Of a stretch of DNA of 40,953 nt, positions 17,186-27,309 are shown one piece after another. How positions within the stretch are numbered: position 1 is the stretch's first letter; each line of letters begins with the position of its first letter. The stretch covers positions 1 through 40,953 of the IMG/VR virus record IMGVR_UViG_3300037657_000056. One strand, 5' to 3'. Origin of the DNA: a virus. Lineage: Duplodnaviria > Caudoviricetes. A program made the position numbers and the translations under genes. The notes beneath the pieces were generated by a model. The model was not told where the DNA came from. It saw only the letters and a program-made list of their open reading frames with translations, and made no database searches.

Positions 17186-18522
17186 AACGAACGCACCGCT
17201 ACACCGCGCGCGCAGGCTCCGCCCTCGCGATCAAGCCCGAAGCCTTCGGGTGGCTCTTCGACGAACTCGATTCCGTCGGCGCACCCGAGCGCATCGGCCC
17301 GCTCGCGATCGTGACCATCCGCGGCGCCCTCGACCAACGCGGCTCGTGGTGGTGCCTCGGATACGATGACGTCGTGTCTCGATTCCGCGCGGCGTGCGAG
17401 ACCGACGCGACCACCATCCTCCTCGACATCGACTCGTGCGGCGGCAGCGTCGCGGGTTGCTTCGCGGCGGTCCAAGAGATGCGCGCGCTCGCGGCCAAGC
17501 ACGGCAAGACGGTGCACGCGTTCGCGAACGAGGCGGCGTACTCTGCAGCCTACGCGCTCGCGACCGTGGCCAGCGCCATCTACGTGCCCGAGTCGGGCGG
17601 CGTGGGTAGCGTCGGCGTCATCGGCGTCGTGTCCGAGTACACGGCCATGATGGCCAAGGAAGGCATCCGCGTCGCGGTGCTGACCACCGGCGCGCGCAAG
17701 GCGGACGGCAACCCGATGGTGCCCCTCAGCGACGAAGCCGTGGCCTCGTTGCAGGGCATGATCGACAAGCTCGGCGCGCAGTTCTTCGGGCTCGTCGCGG
17801 AGTCGCGACCGCTGACTGCAGAGCAGGTCAAGGCGCTCGAGGCTGCATGCCTCATGGGCCAAGACGCGGTCGACGCGGGCCTCGCGGACGAGGTGATTTC
17901 GAGGACGCAACTCATCGCCCGATTGACCGGGCAGGAGACGAACATGGCAGACGAAGATCCCAAGGCCGAGGAAGAGAAGACCGAGGAAGAGGAGACCGAA
18001 GCCGAGGGCGAAAACCCCGACGCCGAGACCGAGGAGGAGCCCGCAGCCGAGGACGAGGACGAGGAAGAGACCGAGGAGGAGCCCGCGGCTGCCGCTGCTC
18101 ACTCGTCGCGCGACATCCTCGCCGCGGTCCGCCAGCTCACCGGGCAGAGTTCCCCCGCCGCGCAGATCGGAGCGCTCCACGCCCTCGCTGCCGAGGCGAA
18201 GAAAGCGAAGACCCTCGGCGCGCGCATCGCCAAGCTCGAGGGTGACGGCAAGCGCAAGGCGCACGAAGCCAAGGTCACGGTCGCGATCAAAGCGGGCAAG
18301 CTCGCCCCCGCGCAAAAAGCGTGGGCCCTCTCGGTGGACGGCAAGGTCCTCGACGGGTTCCTCGCGACCGCCTCGGGCGTCGCCCCCGCGCCGCTCGCTG
18401 CCCCCAAACCCGCCGCCGACGCGACGGCAATTACCGACGTCGATCGCAAGGTCGCCGCGTCCCTCGGCCTCTCGGTCGAGGCCCTCGCCAAACACAAGGC
18501 CGCGTCCGCGGCGAAGCACTGA
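17182..18522 (+). CDS. S49-family prohead protease fused to acidic linker and scaffold
   Basis: LDIDSCGG, AYSAAYALA, GSVGV, GARKADG; Glu-rich linker; Mu-like GKLAPAQKAWA scaffold region. Confidence 0.88.
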   Translation: MKRTHRYTARAGSALAIKPEAFGWLFDELDSVGAPERIGPLAIVTIRGALDQRGSWWCLGYDDVVSRFRAACETDATTILLDIDSCGGSVAGCFAAVQEMRALAAKHGKTVHAFANEAAYSAAYALATVASAIYVPESGGVGSVGVIGVVSEYTAMMAKEGIRVAVLTTGARKADGNPMVPLSDEAVASLQGMIDKLGAQFFGLVAESRPLTAEQVKALEAACLMGQDAVDAGLADEVISRTQLIARLTGQETNMADEDPKAEEEKTEEEETEAEGENPDAETEEEPAAEDEDEEETEEEPAAAAAHSSRDILAAVRQLTGQSSPAAQIGALHALAAEAKKAKTLGARIAKLEGDGKRKAHEAKVTVAIKAGKLAPAQKAWALSVDGKVLDGFLATASGVAPAPLAAPKPAADATAITDVDRKVAASLGLSVEALAKHKAASAAKH

Positions 18523-18533
18523 GGAGCTAGACC

Positions 18534-19598
18534 ATGGCCGCTGCATCCGCACCCCGTGACACTGTCGAGGCGAAGGGCGCCCTCGCGCAGTACCCCGTCG
18601 CCGCCGCGACGACCATCTACGCCGGCACCCTCGTCGCGGTCAACGCGTCGGGCTACGCCGTCCCTGCAAGCGCGAGCTCCGCGCTCACCGTCATCGGCCG
18701 CGCCGAGAAGACGGTGACGAACACCAGCGCCGCAGGCTTTGGCTCGGCGGGCGCGCTCGACGTGCTCATCCGCAAGGGCGCCTTTTTCTTCACCTGCGCC
18801 GGCGCGGGCATCACCAGCGTCGGGAAAATGGCCTACGTCGTTTTCGACAACGAAGTCAGCCTCTCCGACGGATCGGGCACGCGTCCGCCGGCGGGCAAGA
18901 TCATCAAGTACGACGGCGACGCGTCGTCGAACGCCTTCGGCCAAGTCGCGGTCGAGATCGGGATGCCCTCGCTCTCCGACGGCGGCGAACTCCCCGGCGG
19001 CATGCTGGACTTGAACGTGGACGGCGTCGTGACGGGCAACGTCGCGGACCTCGCGGCCTTCGCGGTCGGCACCAACACGGACGGCCTGACCCACGTCGAG
19101 GGCAACATCGTTGCTCTCGTCGCGCAGACGACCCCCGCGCAGAACGGTCTCTACATCGTCGGCGCCGTCGCCACCGGTGTGGCTCCGCTCACTCGCGTGA
19201 TCCTCTCCACCGGCGACACCATCGCCGCGTGGTCGGTGCGCTTCTCGGTCAGCGGCGGCACCCTGTTTGCGGGCAGCGAGTGGAAGAACTCCGCGGCCGG
19301 CACCGTCGGCACCAACGACCCCGCGTTTTATCCGGGGCGCGTCGTGCGCGAAGCGGTCCTCGTGGCCGGCACCCTCGCGATCACCAACATCCCGATCCTG
19401 TCCGCGACGAAGTCGTTCGTGGGCATCACGCGCAAGGTCGCCAACACGACCGCGAGCACCATCAGCTACGCCACCAACGGCGCGGCTACCCCCGGTGCGA
19501 TCGGCACCGCAAGCGTCACGGTGTTCGCCACCGTGGCCGCGGGCACCATCAACGCCGCCGACATTTCGACTCTCGAAGTGTGCGTCGTGAACTTCTGA
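18534..19598 (+). CDS. head decoration/cement protein (DUF2190-like N-terminus) with C-terminal beta-rich extension
   Basis: AATTIYAGTLVAVNASGYAVPA; LVAQTTPAQNGLY motif; position between protease and capsid. Confidence 0.65.
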   Translation: MAAASAPRDTVEAKGALAQYPVAAATTIYAGTLVAVNASGYAVPASASSALTVIGRAEKTVTNTSAAGFGSAGALDVLIRKGAFFFTCAGAGITSVGKMAYVVFDNEVSLSDGSGTRPPAGKIIKYDGDASSNAFGQVAVEIGMPSLSDGGELPGGMLDLNVDGVVTGNVADLAAFAVGTNTDGLTHVEGNIVALVAQTTPAQNGLYIVGAVATGVAPLTRVILSTGDTIAAWSVRFSVSGGTLFAGSEWKNSAAGTVGTNDPAFYPGRVVREAVLVAGTLAITNIPILSATKSFVGITRKVANTTASTISYATNGAATPGAIGTASVTVFATVAAGTINAADISTLEVCVVNF

Positions 19599-19614
19599 AC
19601 CGAGGACAACGACC

Positions 19615-20553
19615 ATGGAAATCACTCCCTCCAACATCGCGTCGATGTTTTTCGGCTTCGGCGCCACCTTCTCCCAGGCCTACCAGGGCACCGAGGTGTG
19701 GGCCCCGCGCCTCGCCATGATGCCCACGTACGGCAACGTCTCTTCGGTCGTCAACGGCTGGATGGACAAGCTTCCGATCCTCCGCGAGTGGATCGGCCCG
19801 CGCCACATCAACAACGTGGCGCTTCGTGGCCGCACCATGACGCCCTCGCCGTTCGAGTTGACGGTGGGCGTCGACCGCTACTCCATCGAGGACGACACCT
19901 ACGGCCTCTACGGCCCGACCGTCTCGCTCATGGGCGAGCAGGCGGCGAAGTGGGCCGACCGCGAGCTCGCGAAGCTCATCCTCGAGAACCCGGTCTCGTT
20001 CGACGGAAAGGCTTTCTTCGCCGACGACCACCCCGTCGACATCGATGCCGGCACGGGCGGCCCGCTCGGCACGTACGACAACAACCTCGCGTTGGCCCTC
20101 ACCGCGACCAACTTCGGCACCGCGCGAACCGCGATGCGCGGGTTCAAGGGGCGCGACGGGCAGCCGATGGGCATCCGCCCGAGCCTCCTCGTCGTGCCGC
20201 CGTCCCTCGAGGACACCGCGATGCGCATCATGACGAGCGACTACCTCGCCTCGTTCGTGATGGGTTCGTCCGCCGCGGGCAACGTCGCCGCGGAACCGAA
20301 CATCTACAAGGGCGCGTGCGAGGTCCTCGTCATCGACGAGCTGGAGAGCGACCCCACCGCGTGGTACCTCCTCGACAACAAAAAGGCCATCAAGCCGTTC
20401 TTGTGGTGGCAGCGTCAGGCGCCGCAGTTCGTGTACAAAAACAAGCCCGACGACGACAACGTGTTCTTTAACCGTCAGTTCCTCTTCGGCATCGACTGCC
20501 GAGGAGTCGCCGACGTGACCCTTCCGTTCCTCGGCCTCAAGAGCAAGCCGTGA
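19615..20553 (+). CDS. major capsid protein, Mu gpT-like
   Basis: REWIG.R, FELTVGVDR..IEDD, FDGK.FFADDHP, LVVPP.LE, WYLLD..K.IKPF. Confidence 0.93.
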   Translation: MEITPSNIASMFFGFGATFSQAYQGTEVWAPRLAMMPTYGNVSSVVNGWMDKLPILREWIGPRHINNVALRGRTMTPSPFELTVGVDRYSIEDDTYGLYGPTVSLMGEQAAKWADRELAKLILENPVSFDGKAFFADDHPVDIDAGTGGPLGTYDNNLALALTATNFGTARTAMRGFKGRDGQPMGIRPSLLVVPPSLEDTAMRIMTSDYLASFVMGSSAAGNVAAEPNIYKGACEVLVIDELESDPTAWYLLDNKKAIKPFLWWQRQAPQFVYKNKPDDDNVFFNRQFLFGIDCRGVADVTLPFLGLKSKP

Positions 20554-20945
20554 GTCAGTACGCCACCATCGAGGAGCTGTACACGTACGGCGCCCCTGCG
20601 GTGGCGTTCGGCTCCCTCCCGAGCGACGTGCTCACGAACGCGCTTACGGCGGCATCGAGTCTCGCGGATGGGTTCCTCCGCTCGCGCTACGCGATGCCGC
20701 TTACGGCGTGGGGCAGCGACCTCAAACAGGCAGTCTGTAAGATCGCGACGTATGAAGTCCTGTCGGTCCGCGGGTACAATCCCGCGGCCGGCGCGGACGT
20801 GAATCTACTCAATCGACATCTCGAGGCGATGGCATGGCTGAAGGGCGTATCGCGTGGCGAGATCCACCTCGACGTGACACCCGCTTTGGCGACGCCGTCT
20901 CAAGGGTCCGCGGTCGTCGTGAGCGCATCACGGCGGGGATGGTGA
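20550..20945 (+). CDS. head-tail adaptor, Mu gp36/DUF1320-like
   Basis: YAT..., ADGFL.SRY.MPL, AMAWLK.V..G.I.L. Confidence 0.8.
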   Translation: MSQYATIEELYTYGAPAVAFGSLPSDVLTNALTAASSLADGFLRSRYAMPLTAWGSDLKQAVCKIATYEVLSVRGYNPAAGADVNLLNRHLEAMAWLKGVSRGEIHLDVTPALATPSQGSAVVVSASRRGW

Positions 20946-20948
20946 GCG

Positions 20949-21206
20949 ATGGGCTGGCAATACGATGCAGGGGCCTCCGGCACGGTGACGCTTCCCGCGG
21001 GCGCAGTCGTCCGATCCATCCGCGCGGAGTCGCAGAACGCGGCCGGCGCCGTCGTGATTTTCGGCGGCGACTCCATCCCGCTCGACGGCGACCCGACGGC
21101 TAACGTCCTGGCGCTCTCGTTCGACCATGGGCAGTGCGTGGCCGAGGGCACGGTCACGATCGTGTTCACCAACACCGTCTCGTATTTCGTGGAGTTCATC
21201 ACGTGA
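20949..21206 (+). CDS. small virion-associated beta-rich protein
   Basis: Position and composition. Confidence 0.55.
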   Translation: MGWQYDAGASGTVTLPAGAVVRSIRAESQNAAGAVVIFGGDSIPLDGDPTANVLALSFDHGQCVAEGTVTIVFTNTVSYFVEFIT

Positions 21207-21628
21207 GCTACAAGGGACTACAGCGCCTAAACGGCACGCTCCGCGCGCTCGCTGACGTCCCCTCGCAGGCGTCGCGCGACGCCGCGGATCGTATCGCCGA
21301 CCTCATCGAGGAGTCGTTCGACGCGGGCCTCGACCCGTACGGGCGCGCGTGGGCCCCGCTCATGGCGAGCACCATCGAGCGGCACCCGGGACGCGGCGCG
21401 CCTCCCCTCACGGACACGGGCGCCATGCGCGGCAGCGTGCACGTCACGCCCAAGGCCGGCGCCGGTATCGACATCACGATCGATGCCCCCTACGCCAAGT
21501 TTCACCAGACCGGCACCAAGTACATGGCGCAGCGCCAGATCATCCCGCAGAGCGGCGGCATCGCCCCCGCGTGGCGCGAGGCGATCGCTGAGGCGGTGGC
21601 CGACAACATCAAAAAGGCGCTCGAGTAA
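21203..21628 (+). CDS. virion morphogenesis protein (Mu gpG / tail completion S-like)
   Basis: DPYGRAWAPL, LTDTG.MR.S, YAKFHQTG motifs. Confidence 0.8.
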   Translation: MSYKGLQRLNGTLRALADVPSQASRDAADRIADLIEESFDAGLDPYGRAWAPLMASTIERHPGRGAPPLTDTGAMRGSVHVTPKAGAGIDITIDAPYAKFHQTGTKYMAQRQIIPQSGGIAPAWREAIAEAVADNIKKALE

Positions 21629-22218
21629 TGGCTCTCTTCGCCGAGTTCCTCAGCGCGTTGAACGCGGACGTGGTCGCGGCCCTCTCCACGGGCGGCTACC
21701 CTCCGCTCGTCGACGGCGCGATCCTGTTCGGGCCCGCTCGGGTGTTCGAGCACTCGCGCCCCCCGCGCATCATCATCGAGCCCGCGCCCTCGAAGTTCTC
21801 CGCGCCCGACCTCTCGAGCGCCAGCGCCACCCTCGGCACCGAGGAGCGGCGTCAGCAAGCCGTCATGCTCGCGGTCCACACGGAGCGCGTCGCGTTCACG
21901 GTGCGGTGTTGGGGCGGCACGGTGAGCGCCAGCGGCGTCACCGACTACGACCTCACCCGCGCGCTGTACCACGCGGTGCTCGCGTCGCTCCAACGCCTCG
22001 TCCCGAACCACGGGCTCGATGCGACGGGCGAGTGGACGACGGCCGGTCCGATCGGATCGCTCGGCCAAGAGTTCGTGTTCTCCACGTGGCTCGATACGCC
22101 GGTCCTCGACCGCATGCTGCCCTACGACCCGGCAACGCAGTACGCCCCGGCGGGCGTCGCGCCGGCAACAACCGACACGTATATCGCGCCTACGGGCGAG
22201 ACAGGATCCGGGTGCTGA
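21628..22218 (+). CDS. putative tail terminator/completion protein
   Basis: Position immediately before sheath; size. Confidence 0.55.
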   Translation: MALFAEFLSALNADVVAALSTGGYPPLVDGAILFGPARVFEHSRPPRIIIEPAPSKFSAPDLSSASATLGTEERRQQAVMLAVHTERVAFTVRCWGGTVSASGVTDYDLTRALYHAVLASLQRLVPNHGLDATGEWTTAGPIGSLGQEFVFSTWLDTPVLDRMLPYDPATQYAPAGVAPATTDTYIAPTGETGSGC

Positions 22219-22219
22219 G

Positions 22220-23692
22220 ATGCCGAGCGGAAATGTAGAACTGACGATTCTCGATGGGGGTGCCGGCGTAGTGTCGGTCCCCGTGCAGAGCGTGATCGTG
22301 GTGGTCGGCACGTGCTCGAGTGGCACCGCCAACACGGTCGTCGCGACGCGCAACCCCAACACCCTCGCGAGCACGGTGGGCTACGGCCCGTCGGTCGACC
22401 TCGCCGCGATGATCATCGCCGCGGGCGGCACGGTCTTGTTCATCAAGGCGGCCACGGGCTCGGCCGGCGTAGCCTCCGCGGTGACCGCGTTCGCCACCGG
22501 TACCAGCGTCGTGACCGTGACGGGCGCGCCGTTCGACGCCTACCTGGTCAAGGTCAAGGTCGCCAACGGCGGCACCATCGGAACCACGGGCATCCGCCTC
22601 CAGATCTCGCTCGACGCGGGCCGCACGTACGGCCCGGAGATCAGCATCGGGACGGCGACCACCTACGCCATTACCGGGACCAACCTCACCCTGGCGTTCG
22701 CGGCCGGCACGATGGTCACCGGCGAGTCCGTGACGTTCGGCTGCACCGAGCCGCTCCCCGCGACGGCCGGAATCCAGTCGGCCCTCGTCGCGCTTGCCGC
22801 GTCCCCGTACGCGGTGACCGGCTGGGGCGGCATGGCGATTCAGGGCGTGTGGTCCGGCGCCAACGCGACGACCCTCGCGGGCTACCTGACCACCCTCGCC
22901 AACGGCGACAACTTCACCCGCGCGATGATCGCCTCGCGCGACGCCGCGCTGCCCACCGCGTACGGCGGAGCGGGCGAGACCGAGGCGACGTGGTCCGCGG
23001 CCATCGCGCTGGACTACTCGGCCGTCAGCGCCTCGCGCATCTGCGCCACGGGCGGTTACTACAACATGACCTCGCAGTACCCCGTGGCCGCCGCTGGCGC
23101 CCCCGTGCTGCGTCGCCCGGCGCTGTTCGCCCTCGCGTGCCGCCAGGCCGCCATCCCCGCGCAGCGCCTCGCCTCGCGCGTCCGTGACGGCGCCCTTCCG
23201 CAGATCGTGGTGGACCCCACCAACGACCCGACGGACGGCTTCATCTACCACGACGAGGAGGTCAACCCGAGCCTCGACGTCGCGCGCTTCACGACCTGCC
23301 GCACCCGCAAGGGACGCCCCGGCTTCTTCATCAGCAACCCGTTCCTGATGTCGGCGACGGGGTCGGTGTTCAACCTCCTCCCCAAGGGCATCGTGATGGA
23401 CATCGGGTGCACCTTGCTGAACCAGCTCGGCACCGAGGAGATCAACGACGACGTGCCGCTGAACACGAACGGCACGATCGACGAGGGCGCGGCGCAGCAG
23501 ATCGAGACGCGCATCCGCAACGCGATGAACGAGGCCATGCTCAACACGGGCATGCTCTCGGCGCCGGGCGTGGTGGTCACCGTCGACCGGACCAACAACG
23601 TGCGAACGACGTCGATCGTGAACATCGCGGCATCGCTCTACGGTCGCGGGTACATCCTGCAAATCAACGCAACTATCGGCCTCGCGAGCTGA
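22220..23692 (+). CDS. contractile tail sheath protein (DUF2586-like)
   Basis: V..TILDGG.G start, RVRDGAL, LD.ARFTT.R...G.PGFFI; followed by tube gene. Confidence 0.8.
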   Translation: MPSGNVELTILDGGAGVVSVPVQSVIVVVGTCSSGTANTVVATRNPNTLASTVGYGPSVDLAAMIIAAGGTVLFIKAATGSAGVASAVTAFATGTSVVTVTGAPFDAYLVKVKVANGGTIGTTGIRLQISLDAGRTYGPEISIGTATTYAITGTNLTLAFAAGTMVTGESVTFGCTEPLPATAGIQSALVALAASPYAVTGWGGMAIQGVWSGANATTLAGYLTTLANGDNFTRAMIASRDAALPTAYGGAGETEATWSAAIALDYSAVSASRICATGGYYNMTSQYPVAAAGAPVLRRPALFALACRQAAIPAQRLASRVRDGALPQIVVDPTNDPTDGFIYHDEEVNPSLDVARFTTCRTRKGRPGFFISNPFLMSATGSVFNLLPKGIVMDIGCTLLNQLGTEEINDDVPLNTNGTIDEGAAQQIETRIRNAMNEAMLNTGMLSAPGVVVTVDRTNNVRTTSIVNIAASLYGRGYILQINATIGLAS

Positions 23693-23701
23693 GAGGACAC
23701 C

Positions 23702-24190
23702 ATGACCGACACCCTTCAATTCCCTCTGATCAACGGGCTGCGCCACGCGTTCTCGTCCATGAAGTTCGTCTTCAAGTCGACGGGCGAAGAGGTCGAGATC
23801 CCCGACATCAAGATGTTCCTCAAGAGCATCGACTACGAACGCACGCGCGACCGCGGCGAGGTCAGGGCGAACCACCCCGATCCGATCGCGATGACGCTCG
23901 GAGAGAACAGCTACAGCGCCAGCGCGGAGTTCTACCGAGCGGAGTTCAACCTCTTCCTCAGCACGTACGGCGCGGGCTACGGCGACGCTCCGTTCTCGCT
24001 CCTCGTGACCTGGGGCCTGAACGGGTTCGAGACGGTGACGGACGAGATCTTGGGCTGCCACTTCGACTCGAGCGGGTCGGGCGGCGCGCAGGGCTCGGAC
24101 GCCTCGGTGGTGAAAGTCGATCTGAAGCCGCTCAAGATCAAGTTCTGCGGCCTCGACGACCTCGCCGAGCCCTTGGCGCAACCTACCTGA
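23702..24190 (+). CDS. tail tube protein
   Basis: Position after sheath; ING..., T.G.Y.AS, D.I.GC.F pattern. Confidence 0.75.
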   Translation: MTDTLQFPLINGLRHAFSSMKFVFKSTGEEVEIPDIKMFLKSIDYERTRDRGEVRANHPDPIAMTLGENSYSASAEFYRAEFNLFLSTYGAGYGDAPFSLLVTWGLNGFETVTDEILGCHFDSSGSGGAQGSDASVVKVDLKPLKIKFCGLDDLAEPLAQPT

Positions 24191-24199
24191 TTTGTGCTA

Positions 24200-24250
24200 G
24201 GTGAGTGGTGCCGCGGGCGTACCAACTGAGGGCCCCGCGGCACCCTCACC
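24200..24250 (+). other. long intergenic hairpin directly before the RBS of the tail chaperone
   Basis: GGTGAG-T-GGTGCCGCGGG / CCCGCGGCACC-CTCACC, followed by AGGAG. Confidence 0.65.
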
Positions 24251-24264
24251 AGGAGATTGGGACC

Positions 24265-24606
24265 ATGGGAAAATTCGAGCCGACCGCACCCCCCGACGAC
24301 GAGCGCCTCGCCGCGCTCGACTCCGAGCATGACGGCGTTGCCGTGCTGATGGGGCCAGAGAAGGCGCCATTCCTTTACGTCATCCGTCGCCCTACGGCGC
24401 ACGAGCTTTCGAGCTACAGCGCCGAGGTCAAACGCGGGAAGACCCTCGAGGCAAACCGGCTTCTCCTCCGCGCGATCACGGTCTACCCGGAGCGCGCGCA
24501 GGTGGAGCAACAGATCGCACGATGGCCCGCCTCGGCCGGCGCGGCGCTGACGTCCACCACGTTTGAGGAGTTCTCGGGCGGGGTGATCGACGAGCACCGA
24601 AAATAG
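24265..24606 (+). CDS. tail assembly chaperone (G-like)
   Basis: Between tube and tape measure; AGGAG RBS. Confidence 0.7.
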   Translation: MGKFEPTAPPDDERLAALDSEHDGVAVLMGPEKAPFLYVIRRPTAHELSSYSAEVKRGKTLEANRLLLRAITVYPERAQVEQQIARWPASAGAALTSTTFEEFSGGVIDEHRK

Positions 24607-24854
24607 TCAGCGACCTCCGCGCGCGCATGGCGGGGGACGCGGAGGCGCTCGGCTTCGGCCTGGCGGGAATGGCGCGAGGCGAGAGGAGCGACGAGGCGAT
24701 CGCAGCAACGGAGCTGGTCGCAGAGTCGCTCATCTGGTGGCGCGCCATCGCCCGCACGAAGCTGCGCGGCGCGGACCCTCCGGCACCCACGCAGGACGAT
24801 GACGGGATGACCGCTGCCGAGCGGGCCTACTACGCGCGAAAGGGTGGCGTCTGA
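24597..24854 (+). CDS. tail chaperone extension (T-like), probably reached by -1 frameshift
   Basis: The -1 frame is open from C-CGA-AAA at 24597-24603 through to 24854. Confidence 0.55.
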   Translation, partial: PKIVSDLRARMAGDAEALGFGLAGMARGERSDEAIAATELVAESLIWWRAIARTKLRGADPPAPTQDDDGMTAAERAYYARKGGV

Positions 24855-26749
24855 TGGCGGTCTACACCGAGACGATCAACATGGACGGCAACCTCGCCGA
24901 CCAGGCCAAGCGCTCGGCCGGCCTCGTCGCGGAGCTGACCTCGGGCCTCAAGTCTGCGGAGGCGGCGTTGCTGCGTACCAGCGCGCTCGGCGACGCGAAG
25001 GGCATCGAAGAGGCAACGGCCAAGATCGGGGAGTACAAGACCGCGCTCGACAAGCTGCCCCCCGCGATCCTGGCATCGGCTCAGGCGCACACGCGCAACG
25101 AGTTCCTCGCGAAAAAGGCCGCGAAGAGTGCCGAGGTCGCGGCCGAGGCCCAGGTGGCCGCCGCCGTGGAGTCGGCAAAGGCCATGGACAAGGCCGGAGA
25201 AATGATCTCCGCCGGGGCGTCCGCCATCGCCGAAGCTGCGCTCGTCGCGACGGTGGCATTGGCCACGCTCGTCGCTACCGGCCTCACGTTCGCCATCTCG
25301 GCGAACGAGGCGCAGCGAGCCGCCGATAGCCTGTTTGACGCCCTCGGGCAGGGGGCGATCACGGGCGCGCAGGTGGGTGACATCATCGACGGACTCCGCG
25401 CCAAAACGGGTATCGCGGCCGACGGTCTGGAGCAGTACGCGAAGGCATTCCTGACCATGGGCGTCACGGGCACCGCAGCGCTTGAGAGCCTCACGCTAGC
25501 TGCGGCGTCCGCGGAAGCGATCGCCAAGGGCGGGGGGAAGGCCTTCACGGCCCTATTCCAAAAGATCCAGCTCGCGGCGGACGCGGGCGGGAAGCTTAAG
25601 CTGCCCCTCAAAACGTTGGGGTCCACTCTGGCCGGGGTTGGCCTAAACGTAAATGACCTAGCGAAGGAGATGGGGATTACGAGTCAGGAATTGACGGCCG
25701 GACTCGGCGCGGGGACCATCGACGCGAAGAAGTTTGGCGATGCCATGCAGGCCGCGGTGACGAAGAAGGGGGCCGGGCCTCTCAAGGAGCTGGCATCGAC
25801 TGCCGCGAACCTGGGCGCGACACTCCAGGAATACTTGGGCGAATTGTTCGAGGACCTCGGCGATAGCATTGGCCCATTCATGACCGAGGTTAAGTCGCTG
25901 TTCGCCATCTTTGACTCGAAGACCAACCCGAGCGGGAAGGCGCTCAAGGCGGGCATCGGCGCGTTTTTCAAAGAGGTGTTTGGGCTGCTCGCCAAAGGCG
26001 TGCCCTACGTGAAGCGGTTTTTCCTCGACGTCATCATCTTTGGACTCCAGGCCTACATCGCGCTCAAGTCGTTGGCCGCGCAGATCAAGGCGTTCGCGGA
26101 GTCCGAAGAGGGCGTCATGGTCATCGAGCAGCTAAAAAACGGGCTGATGGCGCTCGGCATCGTGGTGGGCACCGTGATCGCGGTGGTCGCGCTGTTCGTC
26201 GCGATGGTGGTCGGCACCATCGCCGTCATCGCCGCGCTGGCGGTCGCGGTGTCCGCCGCAGCCAACGCGATGATCGTGGTCCTCACCGACTGGGCAATCA
26301 AGGCGTCCATCTTCGCGGGGCAGTTCATCGACGGGCTCGTACAGGGCATTACGGCCGGCGCTGAGCGCGTCATCGCCGCGGTCAAAAACCTCGCGAGCAA
26401 GGCGGGCAACGCGTTCAAGGGCGCCCTCGGAATCCAGTCGCCCTCGAAGGTCATGGCCGCGTATGGCGGATACATGGGCGAGGGCGTGGCGCTCGGCCTC
26501 GACGGCAGTGTATCCGCGGTCGAGTCGTCGTCTACGGGCGTCGCAACGGCGGCAGTCGAGGCGGTCGCGGATACGCCACTACCGGGCGCGGCTCCCTCGA
26601 GCGGCGGTGCTGGCGGGGGCGTGAGCGTGACGCTCGAGGCGGGCGCCATCGTGATCCAGGGCGGCTCGACGGCGAGCATGTCCGAGCTGACAGAGCAGGC
26701 CGTCACCCTCATCTTCGAGCGCATCGCGGCGCAACAGGGGTTCGCATGA
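24854..26749 (+). CDS. tape measure protein
   Basis: Ala/Gly-rich helical protein with hydrophobic segments; LGIQSPSKVM..YG motif. Confidence 0.88.
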   Translation: MAVYTETINMDGNLADQAKRSAGLVAELTSGLKSAEAALLRTSALGDAKGIEEATAKIGEYKTALDKLPPAILASAQAHTRNEFLAKKAAKSAEVAAEAQVAAAVESAKAMDKAGEMISAGASAIAEAALVATVALATLVATGLTFAISANEAQRAADSLFDALGQGAITGAQVGDIIDGLRAKTGIAADGLEQYAKAFLTMGVTGTAALESLTLAAASAEAIAKGGGKAFTALFQKIQLAADAGGKLKLPLKTLGSTLAGVGLNVNDLAKEMGITSQELTAGLGAGTIDAKKFGDAMQAAVTKKGAGPLKELASTAANLGATLQEYLGELFEDLGDSIGPFMTEVKSLFAIFDSKTNPSGKALKAGIGAFFKEVFGLLAKGVPYVKRFFLDVIIFGLQAYIALKSLAAQIKAFAESEEGVMVIEQLKNGLMALGIVVGTVIAVVALFVAMVVGTIAVIAALAVAVSAAANAMIVVLTDWAIKASIFAGQFIDGLVQGITAGAERVIAAVKNLASKAGNAFKGALGIQSPSKVMAAYGGYMGEGVALGLDGSVSAVESSSTGVATAAVEAVADTPLPGAAPSSGGAGGGVSVTLEAGAIVIQGGSTASMSELTEQAVTLIFERIAAQQGFA

Positions 26750-27309
26750 TCAACCCGATCGACTACCCCGAGGCGTGGCATCGGTTTCGTCTCGGCACGA
26801 TCCCATCGCCGGGCGTCGTCACCGGCGTCAGCGGGTGGGACCTGCAATGGAAGTGGGACGCGAAGACCGCGAAGGGCGCGAAGAAGGCCAGCCAGACGCA
26901 CACGGGGCAGGAGCTTTCCGAGGGCTCGTTCGAGTGCAGTCTCTGGCTCGCCACGCACTTCGACGAATGGGAGGCGTTCTCCAAGGCGGCCGGATACAAC
27001 ACGGACAAGGTCGCCGCGTCGCCGCTCAAGCTCTACTACCCGAGCGTGTCGGCGACGGGCGTCCTCGACGTCGTGTCGCTCAAGTTCTCCCCGCCGACGC
27101 ACAAAGGCAAAGGGCTGTACGTCGCGACGTTCACGTTCCGCGAGTGGGTTCCGGCCCCGAAAAAGAACGCGACCGTGACGCCGAGCGGGCCAAAAAATCC
27201 CCTCGCGCCCGAGACGGTCGAGGGACGCTATCCGCTGTCCGACGACCCGATCGCGGACGCGCAGCAGAAACAGATCGCGGAGCTCCTCGCGCAGGCGCAG
27301 AAGCCATGA
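26746..27309 (+). CDS. tail tube initiator / baseplate protein
   Basis: Position after tape measure; F.EW.P motif. Confidence 0.55.
   Translation: MINPIDYPEAWHRFRLGTIPSPGVVTGVSGWDLQWKWDAKTAKGAKKASQTHTGQELSEGSFECSLWLATHFDEWEAFSKAAGYNTDKVAASPLKLYYPSVSATGVLDVVSLKFSPPTHKGKGLYVATFTFREWVPAPKKNATVTPSGPKNPLAPETVEGRYPLSDDPIADAQQKQIAELLAQAQKP

Noticed and set aside
14999-24181. Very long antisense ORFs (e.g. 14999..17134, 22190..24181)
   Set aside because: Expected stop-poor antisense frames of high-GC3 genes with clear homologous motifs on the plus strand
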